A DNA stretch of 64,000 nt from contig CBDESU010000001.1 of assembly GCA_965242695.1 (NCBI GenBank), forward strand, positions 1,216,001 through 1,280,000. Reading direction: 5' to 3'. Each line of letters opens with the position of its first letter. Positions within the stretch are counted from its first letter, which is position 1. Below the pieces are notes generated by a model, which was given only the letters and a program-made list of their open reading frames with translations, was not told where the DNA came from and searched no databases. The position numbers and the translations under genes were made by a program. Origin of the DNA: Cenarchaeum sp. Lineage in GTDB: Archaea; Thermoproteota; Nitrososphaeria; Nitrososphaerales; Nitrosopumilaceae. Shown in pieces: positions 1 to 10,225 of the stretch.

Positions 1-116
1 CCCAGAGACCATGCAGCTAATTCTTTGCCCAAAAGCCGATTAAATTGGAAGGCTTGGTCCAGGGGCCCAAAGCGGGGACACGTCTGGCCAAAAGACATCA
101 GACGATTCCAGTGCAT

Positions 117-569
117 CTAGCAGGATCGGCGGATCGCCATCCCTATGTACTCGCGTTCAAAGTCCCTAAAGTTGTCCACCATGATCTGCTTGTTCATAGC
201 CTTCTCGATGTTGCTCCTGGCGCACTCGTCCAAGCTCCGATCTATGCGCCTGTTTATGCTCTCGTCAAGCTCACGGTCAAAGTACTCGGCAATGGTCTCC
301 CCCGTGCGCCTCTCGTAGTCCACCCTAGACCGCTCTATGTAGTCCTCGCGGCCGTCCTCGGGCATGTTTTTGAGCCATCCCTCGTACCACTCCAGCCACT
401 CCGTGTCGTTCCTAGCCTTTGCATCAATGCAGAGGATCTCGAGGAAGAAGTCAAACGGCACGTCGCACCTCTGCGCCTGCCTCGCCGCCGGCCGCCCCGC
501 AGCGTCCTTTCGCCGCAAGGCGGGGCCGCTGCCGCCGGGCGGCGGCTCTTGCCTTGTCACGCTCATCAA
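117..569 (-). CDS. hypothetical protein (charged, helical)
   Basis: 150-aa ORF with protein-like composition unlike the R/A/G/P shadow ORFs; TATA-like CTTATAT ~25-30 nt upstream (~590-600). Confidence 0.6.
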   Translation of the reverse strand: MMSVTRQEPPPGGSGPALRRKDAAGRPAARQAQRCDVPFDFFLEILCIDAKARNDTEWLEWYEGWLKNMPEDGREDYIERSRVDYERRTGETIAEYFDRELDESINRRIDRSLDECARSNIEKAMNKQIMVDNFRDFEREYIGMAIRRSC

Positions 570-1109
570 ACCGCGGCCGCAGGTGGGCCATATAAGTATA
601 CTTGGGGGGCGGCGATCGCGCAGGCAGAGCGGTCAGCGCTGGCAGGCGCGGCAATGCCCCGCCAGGCCAGGCGGGTCCCTGCGCACCAACTTCATCGGTC
701 TCGTCGCCGGGACGGAAGGCGTCGCACGGCTCGGGTCGAACAGGGTTCGCCGTGCTCGGCACGGCCATGCGCCTCGATCCCGACGCGGCCATACCTGCAC
801 GGGAAGGGACGCTGCGCCTAGCGCCGCAGGCAGGAGCGGCCGCAACATCCCGGGCATGCGGCCAGGCTGGAAGCTGCGGCCGCGCCCCTCCGACGCCGTC
901 TTCGCCCCGAATTCCCCTGGCCCCTGTGTAGTGCATGCCAGAATGCAGGCAGGTACGGCGCGCCTCGATTCCATGCCGCTGAAAAATAGCGGATCGGAAG
1001 CCGCGCCCCCGCCACGCCCCGCGCTGCGCTGTTGGGCCCTCGAAGCGCCTCCGGCAATGCACCGCCCACACGGCTGTTTTTCCCCCGCACGCCGCTACGA
1101 CGCCCAGCA

Positions 1110-1973
1110 TCATGCCGGCGGCGGTCGTCGCGCCCCAGGCATCCACAGCCCTCCGGCCTTCCCGCACTTCCAGAACACGAGAAAGTACGAGTGGTTCTTT
1201 CTCGCATGCACCTGCCTTACCATCCTGCTCACGCCCGGCCGGTTCCGCCGGACAACCACGAACATGTCCTCGGCGACGAGGCCCATTTTTTCATAGATTT
1301 TCACATGCTCCACGTGCGTGAATCGCTGTCTGTTGGCGCACACCTCGTCCTAGCACTTTACGATGAATACGCCGTTGTCCCGCAACACCCTCCACGCCTC
1401 GGCCCCCGCCTCGTCGTACAGGTCGATCACCGCCTGGTGGTACTTTGAGCAGGTCTGGCATCCCGAGCCGTTGTTTCTGTAGTGCCGCTCAAACGCCGCG
1501 TGGGTTGCGTGCGCCGTCCCGCCGGGCGAGTGCATGTACGGCGGATCAAGGACGACGCAGTCCACCTCCCCGTCCCCGTATGGAAGGCAGCGGCAGTCGG
1601 TGCCGGTAGATATGTCCGTGGCCTTGACATTGTACAGGCCGCGCGGGACGTTCTTCCAGAATACGCCCTTCCCGTACGTCACGTCGGCCACGGTGCAGCC
1701 CGGCCTTACGTAGAGCCGCAGTATGTCGGGAAACACAACGTCGTTGCCGTCGGTGCTTGCGCTGAGCACAAGATCGTTGGAGGGCCTCCCGTTTCTGACG
1801 ACGCGCCTTCGCCTGGCCGCTCCGCCCCGCGCCGCATCGGTGCCGCCGCCCCCCGAGCCTGCCGGCGCCGACGGGCCCAGTTGCGGGCGACGCAAAGAGG
1901 CCGCATGCCGCGCCCGCGGCGCCGCATGAGCCGCCCTGCCCTTGGCTTCACGGCGGTTCTGCGGCGCCTTCAT
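1110..1973 (-). pseudogene. DNA amino-methyltransferase (DPPY type) interrupted by one in-frame TAG
   Basis: Motifs ADVTYGKGVFW and DCVVLDPPY; reads RVLRDNGVFIVKC-TAG(1352-1350)-DEVCANRQ..HARKNHSYFLVF in the same frame; start placed at ATG 1973 from upstream AT-rich box. Confidence 0.75.
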
Positions 1974-2170
1974 GCGGCCGCACCCGCCGCGGGCCGCATC
2001 ATATTGCTTGGGCGCGAGATCCATGATGCCGGCTCCACTCGGCCGGCGTTCGGCGCCAAGCTAAGGGGCGCGGCACAAGGCCGGCCAGGGCGCGCCAGAT
2101 CGGCGGCGCGCGTGGTGACTCCGCCAAGTCGGCACCGTCGTAGTTTGGTTCCCGCCGGCCGGCCCGCGCA

Positions 2171-2179
2171 CATAAATCC
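2171..2179 (+). promoter_or_regulatory. TATA-like box CATAAATCC of TPR gene 2200
   Basis: 29 nt before GTG 2200; shared motif. Confidence 0.7.
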
Positions 2180-2199
2180 CGCATGCACGGCCCGCGCGC

Positions 2200-3066
2200 G
2201 TGGGCATCCTCGGAGGCGGCGGCGGAAAAGAGTCCCGCGTGCATGCGGCCAGGGGCGACGAGGCCATGGAAAGGGACGCGTATGCAGAGTGGGTTATAGC
2301 CCGTGACTCGGCGGCACATGCAGATGGCGACGAGGCCATGGAAAGGGACGCGTATGCAGAGGCCCTCGAGTCCTACGACGAGGCCGTGAGGCTGGATCCC
2401 GGCAGCACCTACCTTCACGTGAGGCGCGGAGACGCCCTGGCCGCGCTAGACCGCGACAAAAAGGCCCTCGAATCCTACGACGAGGCCGTGAGGCTGGATC
2501 CAAAGGGCGCCGACGGGCACGGGAGGCGAGGCGAGGTACTGACGTACCTAGACCGCCACGACGAGGCCGTCGCGGCGCACGACGAGGCCGTCAGGCTAGA
2601 GCCGAGGAACGCCGACAGGCACGACATGCGCTGCAGCGCCCTGTGCAAGGCCGACCGCCTTGACGAGGCGCTCGCCGCGATCGCCAAGGCCGTGCGGCTG
2701 GATCCAAAGAGGGCAGAGTTCCGCGTAGGGCGGGGCGAGATACTCGCCCAGCTCGGCCGCGCCGACGAGGCGCGCGCCGCGCTCAAAGAGGCGGTGCGGC
2801 TCAAGCCGGAGGACGCGGACATCCACGGGAGCATGGGCAGGGCGCTCGGTTACCTCTGCCTCTACGAAGAGGCCCTCGCCGCATACGACGAGGCCGCGCG
2901 GCTCGATCCAAAGGATGTCGGCGCGCACGTGGGGCGGGCCCTGTCGCTGCATCGCATGGGCCGCCACAGGGAGGCCCTTGCGTCGGTCGACACGGCAGTC
3001 GGCCTGGACAGGCACGACCCGGGCGCCCGCTCGCTGAGGAGGGAAATTCGCAAGAAACTGGGGTAG
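2200..3066 (+). CDS. tetratricopeptide repeat protein
   Basis: 34-aa periodicity EALxxYDEAVRLDP...HxxRGxAL..LGR, about 7 repeats. Confidence 0.9.
   Translation: MGILGGGGGKESRVHAARGDEAMERDAYAEWVIARDSAAHADGDEAMERDAYAEALESYDEAVRLDPGSTYLHVRRGDALAALDRDKKALESYDEAVRLDPKGADGHGRRGEVLTYLDRHDEAVAAHDEAVRLEPRNADRHDMRCSALCKADRLDEALAAIAKAVRLDPKRAEFRVGRGEILAQLGRADEARAALKEAVRLKPEDADIHGSMGRALGYLCLYEEALAAYDEAARLDPKDVGAHVGRALSLHRMGRHREALASVDTAVGLDRHDPGARSLRREIRKKLG
2254..2361. repeat. 36-bp perfect direct repeat pair separated by 36 bp
   Basis: ggcgacgaggccatggaaagggacgcgtatgcagag at 2254-2289 and 2326-2361. Confidence 0.9.
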
Positions 3067-3817
3067 TCCAACCTGGGCGGCGCGCAGATGGCAGGCCGCA
3101 TCAAAAGGATGGCGGCCGGTCGGTAAGCGGCCGCAGGCGCAGGGCGCACAAGGAGGTCCTGCGCCCCTGCATTTCGGGTCGGATCGGGCCCCGGCCGCAC
3201 ACTGCTCCGCATCCCAGCCTTGTATTGAGTGCGGACTGGCCGCACGGCGGGGCGGACAGTTCGCTGCCCGTTCCGCAGGCGGCCCGTCCCTAGCCCCGGA
3301 CTCCACGGCGCGCACACTGCCGGCCCCGAGTCCATGTCCACGGGGCCCTGTGATCCTCGCGCAACTGCTTTTTTGCCGCCTTTTCCCTATCCTCGTCTTG
3401 CGCGCCGCCGTTGGCAGGCCCCTGTCGCCATCCTCAAGATCTTCGATCCGGCACTGGCCCCCAACGATCGGCCAGGCAACCCACGATCGGCCAGAAGGCG
3501 CGGCACCGCCCGCACTTGCCGCCGCTGGCGGCCGAAAGCCCCGCCCCATTCACGCCGCGCGTGGATCGCTCGATCGACGAATGCATCGCTCGTGCTCCTG
3601 CCCGTTCTCTCCGCGCGGCGCCGCCCGCAGCGCCCGCCATGCGCGTCCGTCGGTTCCACAGGCGGATGCCGCCAGAGACCCGAATGTCGGCATTCACGCT
3701 GCTATATAAGCAAGATATTTTTATATACCTCGCGCCATGCCCCCCGCTAGGGACTTGCGAGTCGGCAGGACCCGAGGGGCGGCGGCACCTGCGCATCTTG
3801 GCGCAACCGTCGCCCCG

Positions 3818-4567
3818 CTATCTTGGGACCGGGTAGTTCTTGATGCCGAACCCGTTCACCCTGCCCCCGATGCTCCACATGCAGGCCTCGAGGCCGGCGT
3901 ACCAGCTCGCGAACAGCGGATCGCCGTAGCATCGCTTGTGGATCACGTACGCGGCGACGTCGGCCCCCTGTATGAGCGGCTCTCGGCGCGAGTCCTTGAA
4001 TATGACATCCTCCATGACCCTGCTCCTGTACCTTCCGCGCCTCCCGATCCCCGCGTTTACCGCAGCGAGTGCATCCCTGGTTCCCGCCTCGTTTGGCCCG
4101 CCGCTCGAATCCGAGACGATCAGGCCCAGATCCCTGCCGCCCCAGTGGGCCAGGTACGCCTCGAATCGCTCCGCCAAGAGCCTCCACGCAAGCGTCCTTG
4201 TGCGCGGTCCGTCAAAGCCGCCGTGCAGCGGGTTCTTCCACACTACGACGCTGGCAAGCGATGCTCCAGATCCGGCTGTCGCGCCCGCCGTCCTTGAAAA
4301 GGCCTCTTTCTTTTTCCCAAGGTCGAGGCCGCGGCCGGCCCCCGAAAAGTGGCCCCTGTTGTTCCACATGTCGTACGCATGCAGCTCCTTGCCACGGGGA
4401 TTCGATCCCGCAAAGATATCCCGCTTGGCATCGTCGATCGCATCCCTTGCGCCGCCTATGCCGTACTCGTGCACTACAAGGCCGCTCTGTATGTGCACGC
4501 TGACGCCGCCCGCGCCGGTGCGGTGCGGGTGCGTGTTCCCAGAGTCGTCGACAAACATGGCATACAT
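3818..4567 (-). CDS. DUF3800 family protein (RNase H-like fold)
   Basis: N-terminal MFVDDSG, central KELHAYD, C-terminal FKDSRREPLIQGADVAAY; start trimmed to MYAMFVDD because the upstream part of the 502-aa ORF is antisense to a TPR gene. Confidence 0.8.
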   Translation of the reverse strand: MYAMFVDDSGNTHPHRTGAGGVSVHIQSGLVVHEYGIGGARDAIDDAKRDIFAGSNPRGKELHAYDMWNNRGHFSGAGRGLDLGKKKEAFSRTAGATAGSGASLASVVVWKNPLHGGFDGPRTRTLAWRLLAERFEAYLAHWGGRDLGLIVSDSSGGPNEAGTRDALAAVNAGIGRRGRYRSRVMEDVIFKDSRREPLIQGADVAAYVIHKRCYGDPLFASWYAGLEACMWSIGGRVNGFGIKNYPVPR

Positions 4568-4791
4568 GGGCGGCCCTCCCATAGTCCACATAAGACCGTA
4601 CCCCGAATACGCTTGCGGAACCAGCTGCCGGCAATCCGCGCCAAGAACGGCCGCGATCCGTGCCGGTGCGCCGTGTGGACGGGCCGCGGCGCCCGGGCCG
4701 CCGGATGCGATCGTCCGGACCATCCAGATTCCGCGGCCGTCCATGCGCCGCCGCTGGCCATACGGCAGAGGCAGGCCGGCCGGCCGCACCG

Positions 4792-4800
4792 CATAAATCC
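4792..4800 (+). promoter_or_regulatory. TATA-like box CATAAATCC
   Basis: 29 nt before ATG 4821. Confidence 0.7.
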
Positions 4801-4820
4801 CGCGCGCGCGGCGCGCCTGC

Positions 4821-6488
4821 ATGGGCGGTCCCGGGGGCGGCGAGGGCGGGGCCGAGGATGCCGCCGAGCCCGGCGGCAGTGCCGCGCAGCCGGACAAGGC
4901 GGCGGGCCAGGCATCCGTGGAGCGCGGCGCCGGCCTGTACAAGATCGGCCGGTACGAAGAGGCCCTCGAGTCGTACGACGAGGGCATCCGGCTGGACCCC
5001 GGCAATGCAAGGGGGCACTTGGGGCGCGGGTCGGCCCTGTACAGGCTCGGCCGGTACGAAGAGGCCCTCGAGTCGTACGACGAGGGCATCCGGCTGGACC
5101 CCGGCAATGCAAGGGGGCACTTGGGGCGCGGGTCGGCCCTGTACAGGCTCGGCCGGTACAGGGAGGCGCTCGCGGCGTGCAGCAGGGCCGTGCGGCTGGA
5201 CGGATCCGTCCCCGAGTTCCGCGCCATGCGCGGCGAGGCCCTCTTGGCCCTTTCCCGGCCCGGCAGGGCCGCGCGCGACCTCAGGGCGGCGGCCAGGTCG
5301 CTGCCGGACAACGCGGGGCTGCACATGGGCCTGGGGACGGCGTATGCGATGGCAGGGCGCTATCGAAGGGCGATCGCGGCGTTCGGCAGGGCCGCGCGGC
5401 TCGATCCGGCCGATCCGCATGCGCGCGCGGCGCGCGCCCAGGCGCTGCTCGAGTCGGGGCGCGCCGGCGAGGCCCTTGCCGAGTACGACAGGGCGCTGCG
5501 GCTGGACGAAAAGTTCGCCATCGCGCATGCCGGAAGGGGCGGCGCGCTGATCGCGTCCGGAAGGTTCGAGGAGGCGGCGGCCGCATGCGAGAGGGCCGCG
5601 CGGCTCGAGCCCCGCATGGCAGGCGCGCACGCGGCAAGGGGCGATGCGCTGATTGCGCTCGGGCGCGCCGCGGATGCGCTCGCCGCGTACGACGGGGCCG
5701 TGCGGGCCGGCCCCGGCATTGCCGAGGCCCACGCGTCAAGGGGGAGGGCGCTGGTGCTTCTCGGCAGGCACGCCGAGGCGCTCGCCGCATGCGACGAGGC
5801 GGTGCGGCTCGATCCGGGGTCGGCCGACTCTTATTTTGGAAGGGGCGAGGCGCTGGCTGCGCTCGGCCGCCCCGCGGATGCGCTCGCTGCGCTCGGCATG
5901 GCCGCGTCCCTGGACGACGGCATTGCGATGGTCCACAAGAAGCGCGGCGACATCCTCGTCGGGCTCGGCCGCCCCGCCGAGGCGCTCGCCGCCCTGGACA
6001 AGGCCGCATCCCTGGAGCCGGGCGCCTGGACCGTCCACCTTGCGCGCGGCGATGCGCTCCGCATGCTCGGCCGCGCCGCGGATGCGCTCGCCGCGTACGA
6101 CAAGGCGGCATCCCTGCAGCCGAACGCCTGGATGGTGCACCATGCGCGCGGCGATGCGCTCCTGGACACGGAGCGGCCCGGCGAGGCGCTCGTCGCGTTC
6201 GACGAGGCGGTGCGGCTCGAGCCCAGATCCGCGCCGCCGCACTGCAGGCGCGGCGCAGCGCTCGCAGCCCTGGGCAGGCACGCCGATGCGCTCGCCGCGT
6301 ACGACGCGGCGGCCGGGATCGATCCCAAGTCGGGCCGCGCCGCCTGCGGCCGCGCCGCGGCCCTTGCCGAGATGGGCCGAGCCGGGGAGGCCGTCGCCGC
6401 GTGCAACGAGGCGGTGCGGCTCGAGCCCCGCGACAGGGCCGTGGCCGAGGCCTGCGAAAGGGTGCGGCGCACGGTGGCCGGGGCATAG
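4821..6488 (+). CDS. tetratricopeptide repeat protein
   Basis: ~15 tandem 34-aa TPRs; exact 102-bp duplication at 4945-5148. Confidence 0.93.
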   Translation: MGGPGGGEGGAEDAAEPGGSAAQPDKAAGQASVERGAGLYKIGRYEEALESYDEGIRLDPGNARGHLGRGSALYRLGRYEEALESYDEGIRLDPGNARGHLGRGSALYRLGRYREALAACSRAVRLDGSVPEFRAMRGEALLALSRPGRAARDLRAAARSLPDNAGLHMGLGTAYAMAGRYRRAIAAFGRAARLDPADPHARAARAQALLESGRAGEALAEYDRALRLDEKFAIAHAGRGGALIASGRFEEAAAACERAARLEPRMAGAHAARGDALIALGRAADALAAYDGAVRAGPGIAEAHASRGRALVLLGRHAEALAACDEAVRLDPGSADSYFGRGEALAALGRPADALAALGMAASLDDGIAMVHKKRGDILVGLGRPAEALAALDKAASLEPGAWTVHLARGDALRMLGRAADALAAYDKAASLQPNAWMVHHARGDALLDTERPGEALVAFDEAVRLEPRSAPPHCRRGAALAALGRHADALAAYDAAAGIDPKSGRAACGRAAALAEMGRAGEAVAACNEAVRLEPRDRAVAEACERVRRTVAGA

Positions 6489-6565
6489 GCGGGGAGCATG
6501 CAGGCGCCCGCGGGGACGGGCGGCGCCCGCGGGCCGGCGCTTCCGGCAGGGTCAATCCCGCGCGA

Positions 6566-6574
6566 CATAAATCC
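6566..6574 (+). promoter_or_regulatory. TATA-like box CATAAATCC
   Basis: 29 nt before GTG 6595. Confidence 0.7.
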
Positions 6575-6594
6575 CGCCCGGCGGGGCCGCGCCC

Positions 6595-8142
6595 GTGTGC
6601 GGCTCAGAGGGGCGCGGCGGCGGTGCCGCGGCGCGCAGTCCGGTGGACAGGGGCGACAGTGCGCTGGAAGGGGGCAGGGCCGAGGAGGCGCTCGAGGCGT
6701 ACGACGAGGCGGTCCGGCTGGATCCAAAGAGCTCGGCAGGGCACGCCGGCCGCAGCGCGGCGCTGCTCATGCTCGATCGCAGCGAGGAGGCGCTGGCCGC
6801 GTACGAAGAGGCCGCGAGGCTGGATCCGAACCCCGACGTCCACGAGGGGCGCGCCATGATGCTGGCCCTGGCGGGCCGCCACGAGGAGGCGCTCGCATCG
6901 TTTGACGAGGCGGTGCGGCGGGATCCGGAGAATCCCGACGTCCACGAGGGGCGCGGCACGGTGCTGCACGAGATGAATCGCCACAGGGAGGCCTTGGCCG
7001 CGTTCGACACGGCGGTCGGCCTCGATCGGGGCAGCCATGCGGCCCGCCTCGGGCGCGGGATCGTGCTCGTGGCCATGTCGCGGCCAGGCAGGGCGCTGCG
7101 GGACTTCAAGGCCGCGGCCGCGGCCAGGCCAGGCAGCGCCGAAGCACACGTGTGGATCGGGCTGGCGCACGGGCGTCGCGGCCGCGTCAAAAAGGCCATC
7201 GCCGCGCTCGGCAGGGCGGCGCGCATCGAGCCCCGCAATCCCGACATCAGAATTGCGCTGGGCCAGGCGCTGTTCGACGGCGACCGCGCCGGCGAGGCCC
7301 TTGCCGAGTACGACAAGGCGCTGCGGATCGACGACTCCCTGGTGCCGGCCCACGAGGAAAGGGGCTTTGCGCTGATCGACCTGGGCAGGAACAAGGGGGC
7401 GCTGGCCGCCTTCGACATGGCCGTGCGGCTCGAGCCCGGCAGGGCCATGGCCCACATGGGAAGGGGCATTGCGTTTTCCAGGGCAGGCAGGGTCAAGGGG
7501 GCGCTGGCCGCCCTAAACAGGGCCGTGCGGCTGGATCCCGGCCTGGCCCAGGCCCATGCCGAAAGGGGATCCGCGCTGCTCAGGATGGGCAGGAAGAAGG
7601 GGGCGCTGGCCGCCCTAAACAGGGCCGTGCGGCTGGATCCCGGCGATGCGGACGCGCGCTGGATGCGCGGCGAGGCGCTCGGCGCGCTCGGCCGCCACAA
7701 GCGGGCGCTCGCCGAGATCGACAGGGCAGAGTCGCTCGATCCCGGGTCCGCGGACGTGCACCATGCGCGGGGAATCATCCTCAGGGGCATGGACAGGTCA
7801 AACGAGGCGCTTGCCGCGTTCGACGAGGCGTTGCGGATCAATCCCGGCAGCGGGCAGGCACACTGCGAGCGCGGCAGGGTCCTCGTCGACCTTCGCAGGG
7901 ATGCAGAGGCGCTTGCCGCGTTCGACGAGGCGGCGCGGATCGAGCCCGACTCTGGGCAGGTCGCCGGAGGGCGCGCCATGGCCCTTGCCGACCTGGGCAG
8001 GTTCGGCGAGGCGCTGGCCGAGGCCGAAAGGGCCGCAAGGATCGAGCCGCACGACGAGGACATTGCGGTGATACTCGACACGCTGCGGCAGGTTCCCGCA
8101 TCCGCCCTGCGCGGCCGCCGCAGGGGCGGGCGCCGGGGCTAG
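6595..8142 (+). CDS. tetratricopeptide repeat protein
   Basis: ~14 tandem TPRs. Confidence 0.93.
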   Translation: MCGSEGRGGGAAARSPVDRGDSALEGGRAEEALEAYDEAVRLDPKSSAGHAGRSAALLMLDRSEEALAAYEEAARLDPNPDVHEGRAMMLALAGRHEEALASFDEAVRRDPENPDVHEGRGTVLHEMNRHREALAAFDTAVGLDRGSHAARLGRGIVLVAMSRPGRALRDFKAAAAARPGSAEAHVWIGLAHGRRGRVKKAIAALGRAARIEPRNPDIRIALGQALFDGDRAGEALAEYDKALRIDDSLVPAHEERGFALIDLGRNKGALAAFDMAVRLEPGRAMAHMGRGIAFSRAGRVKGALAALNRAVRLDPGLAQAHAERGSALLRMGRKKGALAALNRAVRLDPGDADARWMRGEALGALGRHKRALAEIDRAESLDPGSADVHHARGIILRGMDRSNEALAAFDEALRINPGSGQAHCERGRVLVDLRRDAEALAAFDEAARIEPDSGQVAGGRAMALADLGRFGEALAEAERAARIEPHDEDIAVILDTLRQVPASALRGRRRGGRRG

Positions 8143-8343
8143 GCGGCGCATCTGTGCGAACGATCCTGGCGGCGGCGCGCACAGAGCCCTGCGGAGCGCA
8201 TGCCCGGGCCGCAGGGCGCGCTGGATAACCTGCAGGCATGGCCGCCCGGCTGGCGGCAGGGCGCGCGCGGCCGGTCTCTCCCCCCTTCCGGTCGCCCCGC
8301 AGGAGCGGCGGGCGCGGCCCGATCACGCCCGCGCTAGCCCGCG

Positions 8344-9912
8344 CTAGCCCGCGCGCGCCAACCGCGCGGCATCTTCGAGCTCGGCGCGCGCCCCCCTGCC
8401 GTCGCCCATGATGCGCAGCGTGTTGGCGCGCAGCACGTGCCAGGCAGGCTTGTCCGGCTCGGCCCGAACCGCCTCGTCGCATGCGGCAAGGGTCTCGTCG
8501 TGGCGTCCGAGCAGGCGCAGCGCAATGCAGCGCCCCGCGTGGCTGGCAGCCTTGTTGGGATCCAGGCGGACGGCCTCGTCGAACGCGGCAAGGGCATCGC
8601 CCCTGCGATCAAGTGCGATCAGCACGTATCCGCGCGCCTCGTGCGCGGCGACACTCCTCGGCTTCAGCCGGACGGCCTCGTCCATCGCAGCGAGGGCATC
8701 GTCGTGGCGGCCCAGGTAGAACAGCGTCCGGCCGCGCGCCTCGTGCACGCCCGAGACGCGCGAATCGAGGCGGATCGACTCGTCAAGCGATGCGAGGGCA
8801 TCGTCGTGGCGGCCCAGGTAGAACAGAATCTTGCCGCACCCCTCGCGCCAGTCCGACGAGTCCGGATCCAGACAGACGGCCTCGTCCATCGCAGCGAGGG
8901 CATCGGAGTGGCGGCCCATGGCGAACAGCGCCTCGCCGCGCCCCGCGTGGCCGTGGGGCATGCCCCGCTCCAGCCGGACCGCCTCGTCGAACGCGGCGAG
9001 CGCCTCGTCGTGGCGGCCCAGGGCCAGCAGCGCCCTTCCGCGCCCCTCGTGCCCGATCCATCCCCCGGAATGCAGCCGGACCGCCTCGTCGAACGCGGCG
9101 AGCGCGTCGGCATCGCGGCCCAGGCCCAGCAGCGCCCTTCCGCGCCCCGCGCGCGCCACGGCGTGGCCCGGCTTCAGCCGGGCCGCCTCGTCGAACGCGG
9201 CGAGCGCGTCGGCGTGGCGGCCAAGGTACAGCAGGGAGCTTCCGCGCCCACTGTGCGGCTCGGCGCGGGCGGGGTCCAGCCGGACGGCCTCGTCGAACGC
9301 GGCGAGCGCGTCGGCGTGGCGATCAAGGCTGCGCAGTATCCATCCGCGCTCTCTGTGCCCAGAGGCGGTGCCCGGCTCCAGGCGGATCGCCTCGTCGATC
9401 GCCGCAAGCGCGTCTGCATCGCGGCCAAGCGCCGACAGGGCCACGGCGCGCCCCTCGCGCGCCCCAGCGCGGCCCGGCTCCAGGCGGGCCGCCTCGTCGA
9501 ACGCGGCGAGCGCGTCGGCGTGGCGGCCAAGGTGGCGGAGGGCCCAGCCGCGCCCCTCGTGCCTGGTGTGCACCCCCGCATCAAGGCCTATGGCCTCGTC
9601 GAACGCGGCGAGTGCCTCGGCATCGCGGCTCAGATAGAGCAGGGCCCTGCCGCGTCCGGCGTGGAACTGGGCATCCCTCGGGTCTAGCCGGACTGCCTCG
9701 TCGAACGCGGCGAGGGCATCGGCGTGGCGGCCAAGGGCAAGCAGCGCCATGCCGCGCCCCGTGCGGCCGGCGGCGTCGCCGGCATCCGTGCGGACGGCCT
9801 CTTCGAACGCGGCGAGCGCGTCGGCATATGCGCCCCTTTTGAGCGCCTCGCGCCCCCTGTCGGCGGGTCCGCCGCGCGGCGCGCCGTCTTCGCCCTCCGC
9901 CGCGCCGCCCAT
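8344..9912 (-). CDS. tetratricopeptide repeat protein (paralog of 20500-22197)
   Basis: ~15 TPRs LGRHADALAAFDEAVRLDP. Confidence 0.93.
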   Translation of the reverse strand: MGGAAEGEDGAPRGGPADRGREALKRGAYADALAAFEEAVRTDAGDAAGRTGRGMALLALGRHADALAAFDEAVRLDPRDAQFHAGRGRALLYLSRDAEALAAFDEAIGLDAGVHTRHEGRGWALRHLGRHADALAAFDEAARLEPGRAGAREGRAVALSALGRDADALAAIDEAIRLEPGTASGHRERGWILRSLDRHADALAAFDEAVRLDPARAEPHSGRGSSLLYLGRHADALAAFDEAARLKPGHAVARAGRGRALLGLGRDADALAAFDEAVRLHSGGWIGHEGRGRALLALGRHDEALAAFDEAVRLERGMPHGHAGRGEALFAMGRHSDALAAMDEAVCLDPDSSDWREGCGKILFYLGRHDDALASLDESIRLDSRVSGVHEARGRTLFYLGRHDDALAAMDEAVRLKPRSVAAHEARGYVLIALDRRGDALAAFDEAVRLDPNKAASHAGRCIALRLLGRHDETLAACDEAVRAEPDKPAWHVLRANTLRIMGDGRGARAELEDAARLARAG

Positions 9913-9932
9913 GCGCGCGGGCCGGGCGGGCG

Positions 9933-9941
9933 GAATTTATG
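9933..9941 (-). promoter_or_regulatory. TATA-like box CATAAATTC
   Basis: gcacggCATAAATTC, 29 nt before ATG 9912. Confidence 0.7.
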
Positions 9942-10196
9942 CCGTGCGGCAAGGGGCTTGCAGTGCGGCATCGGCCCGGCGGGCGGCAGCCAAGGGGCGG
10001 GCACCGCGGCCGGATGCGCCGCCCGGCAGGCGCGGGAGCGGGCACCGGCCGCGTGCAAAGGGCGGCGGATCTCCAGGCGGCCCCCGCCCCTCCCTCTCTC
10101 TCTCCCCCCCTCCCCAGCCGCATCGCAGGCGAGGCGGACGGGCGGCGCCCCGCCCCGCCCCGCCCCCCGTGCAAGAGGGAGCACGCATCGGCGCAG

Positions 10197-10204
10197 CTTA
10201 AATC
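10197..10204 (+). promoter_or_regulatory. TATA-like box CTTAAATC
   Basis: 29 nt before ATG 10226. Confidence 0.65.
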
Positions 10205-10225
10205 AGGAGCGCGCTGGCGGCCCGC

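Noticed and set aside
1350-1352. Genome-wide TAG reassignment or pyrrolysine
   Set aside because: TAG is the normal stop of rps19, rps3, rps17 and many TPR genes at their expected ends
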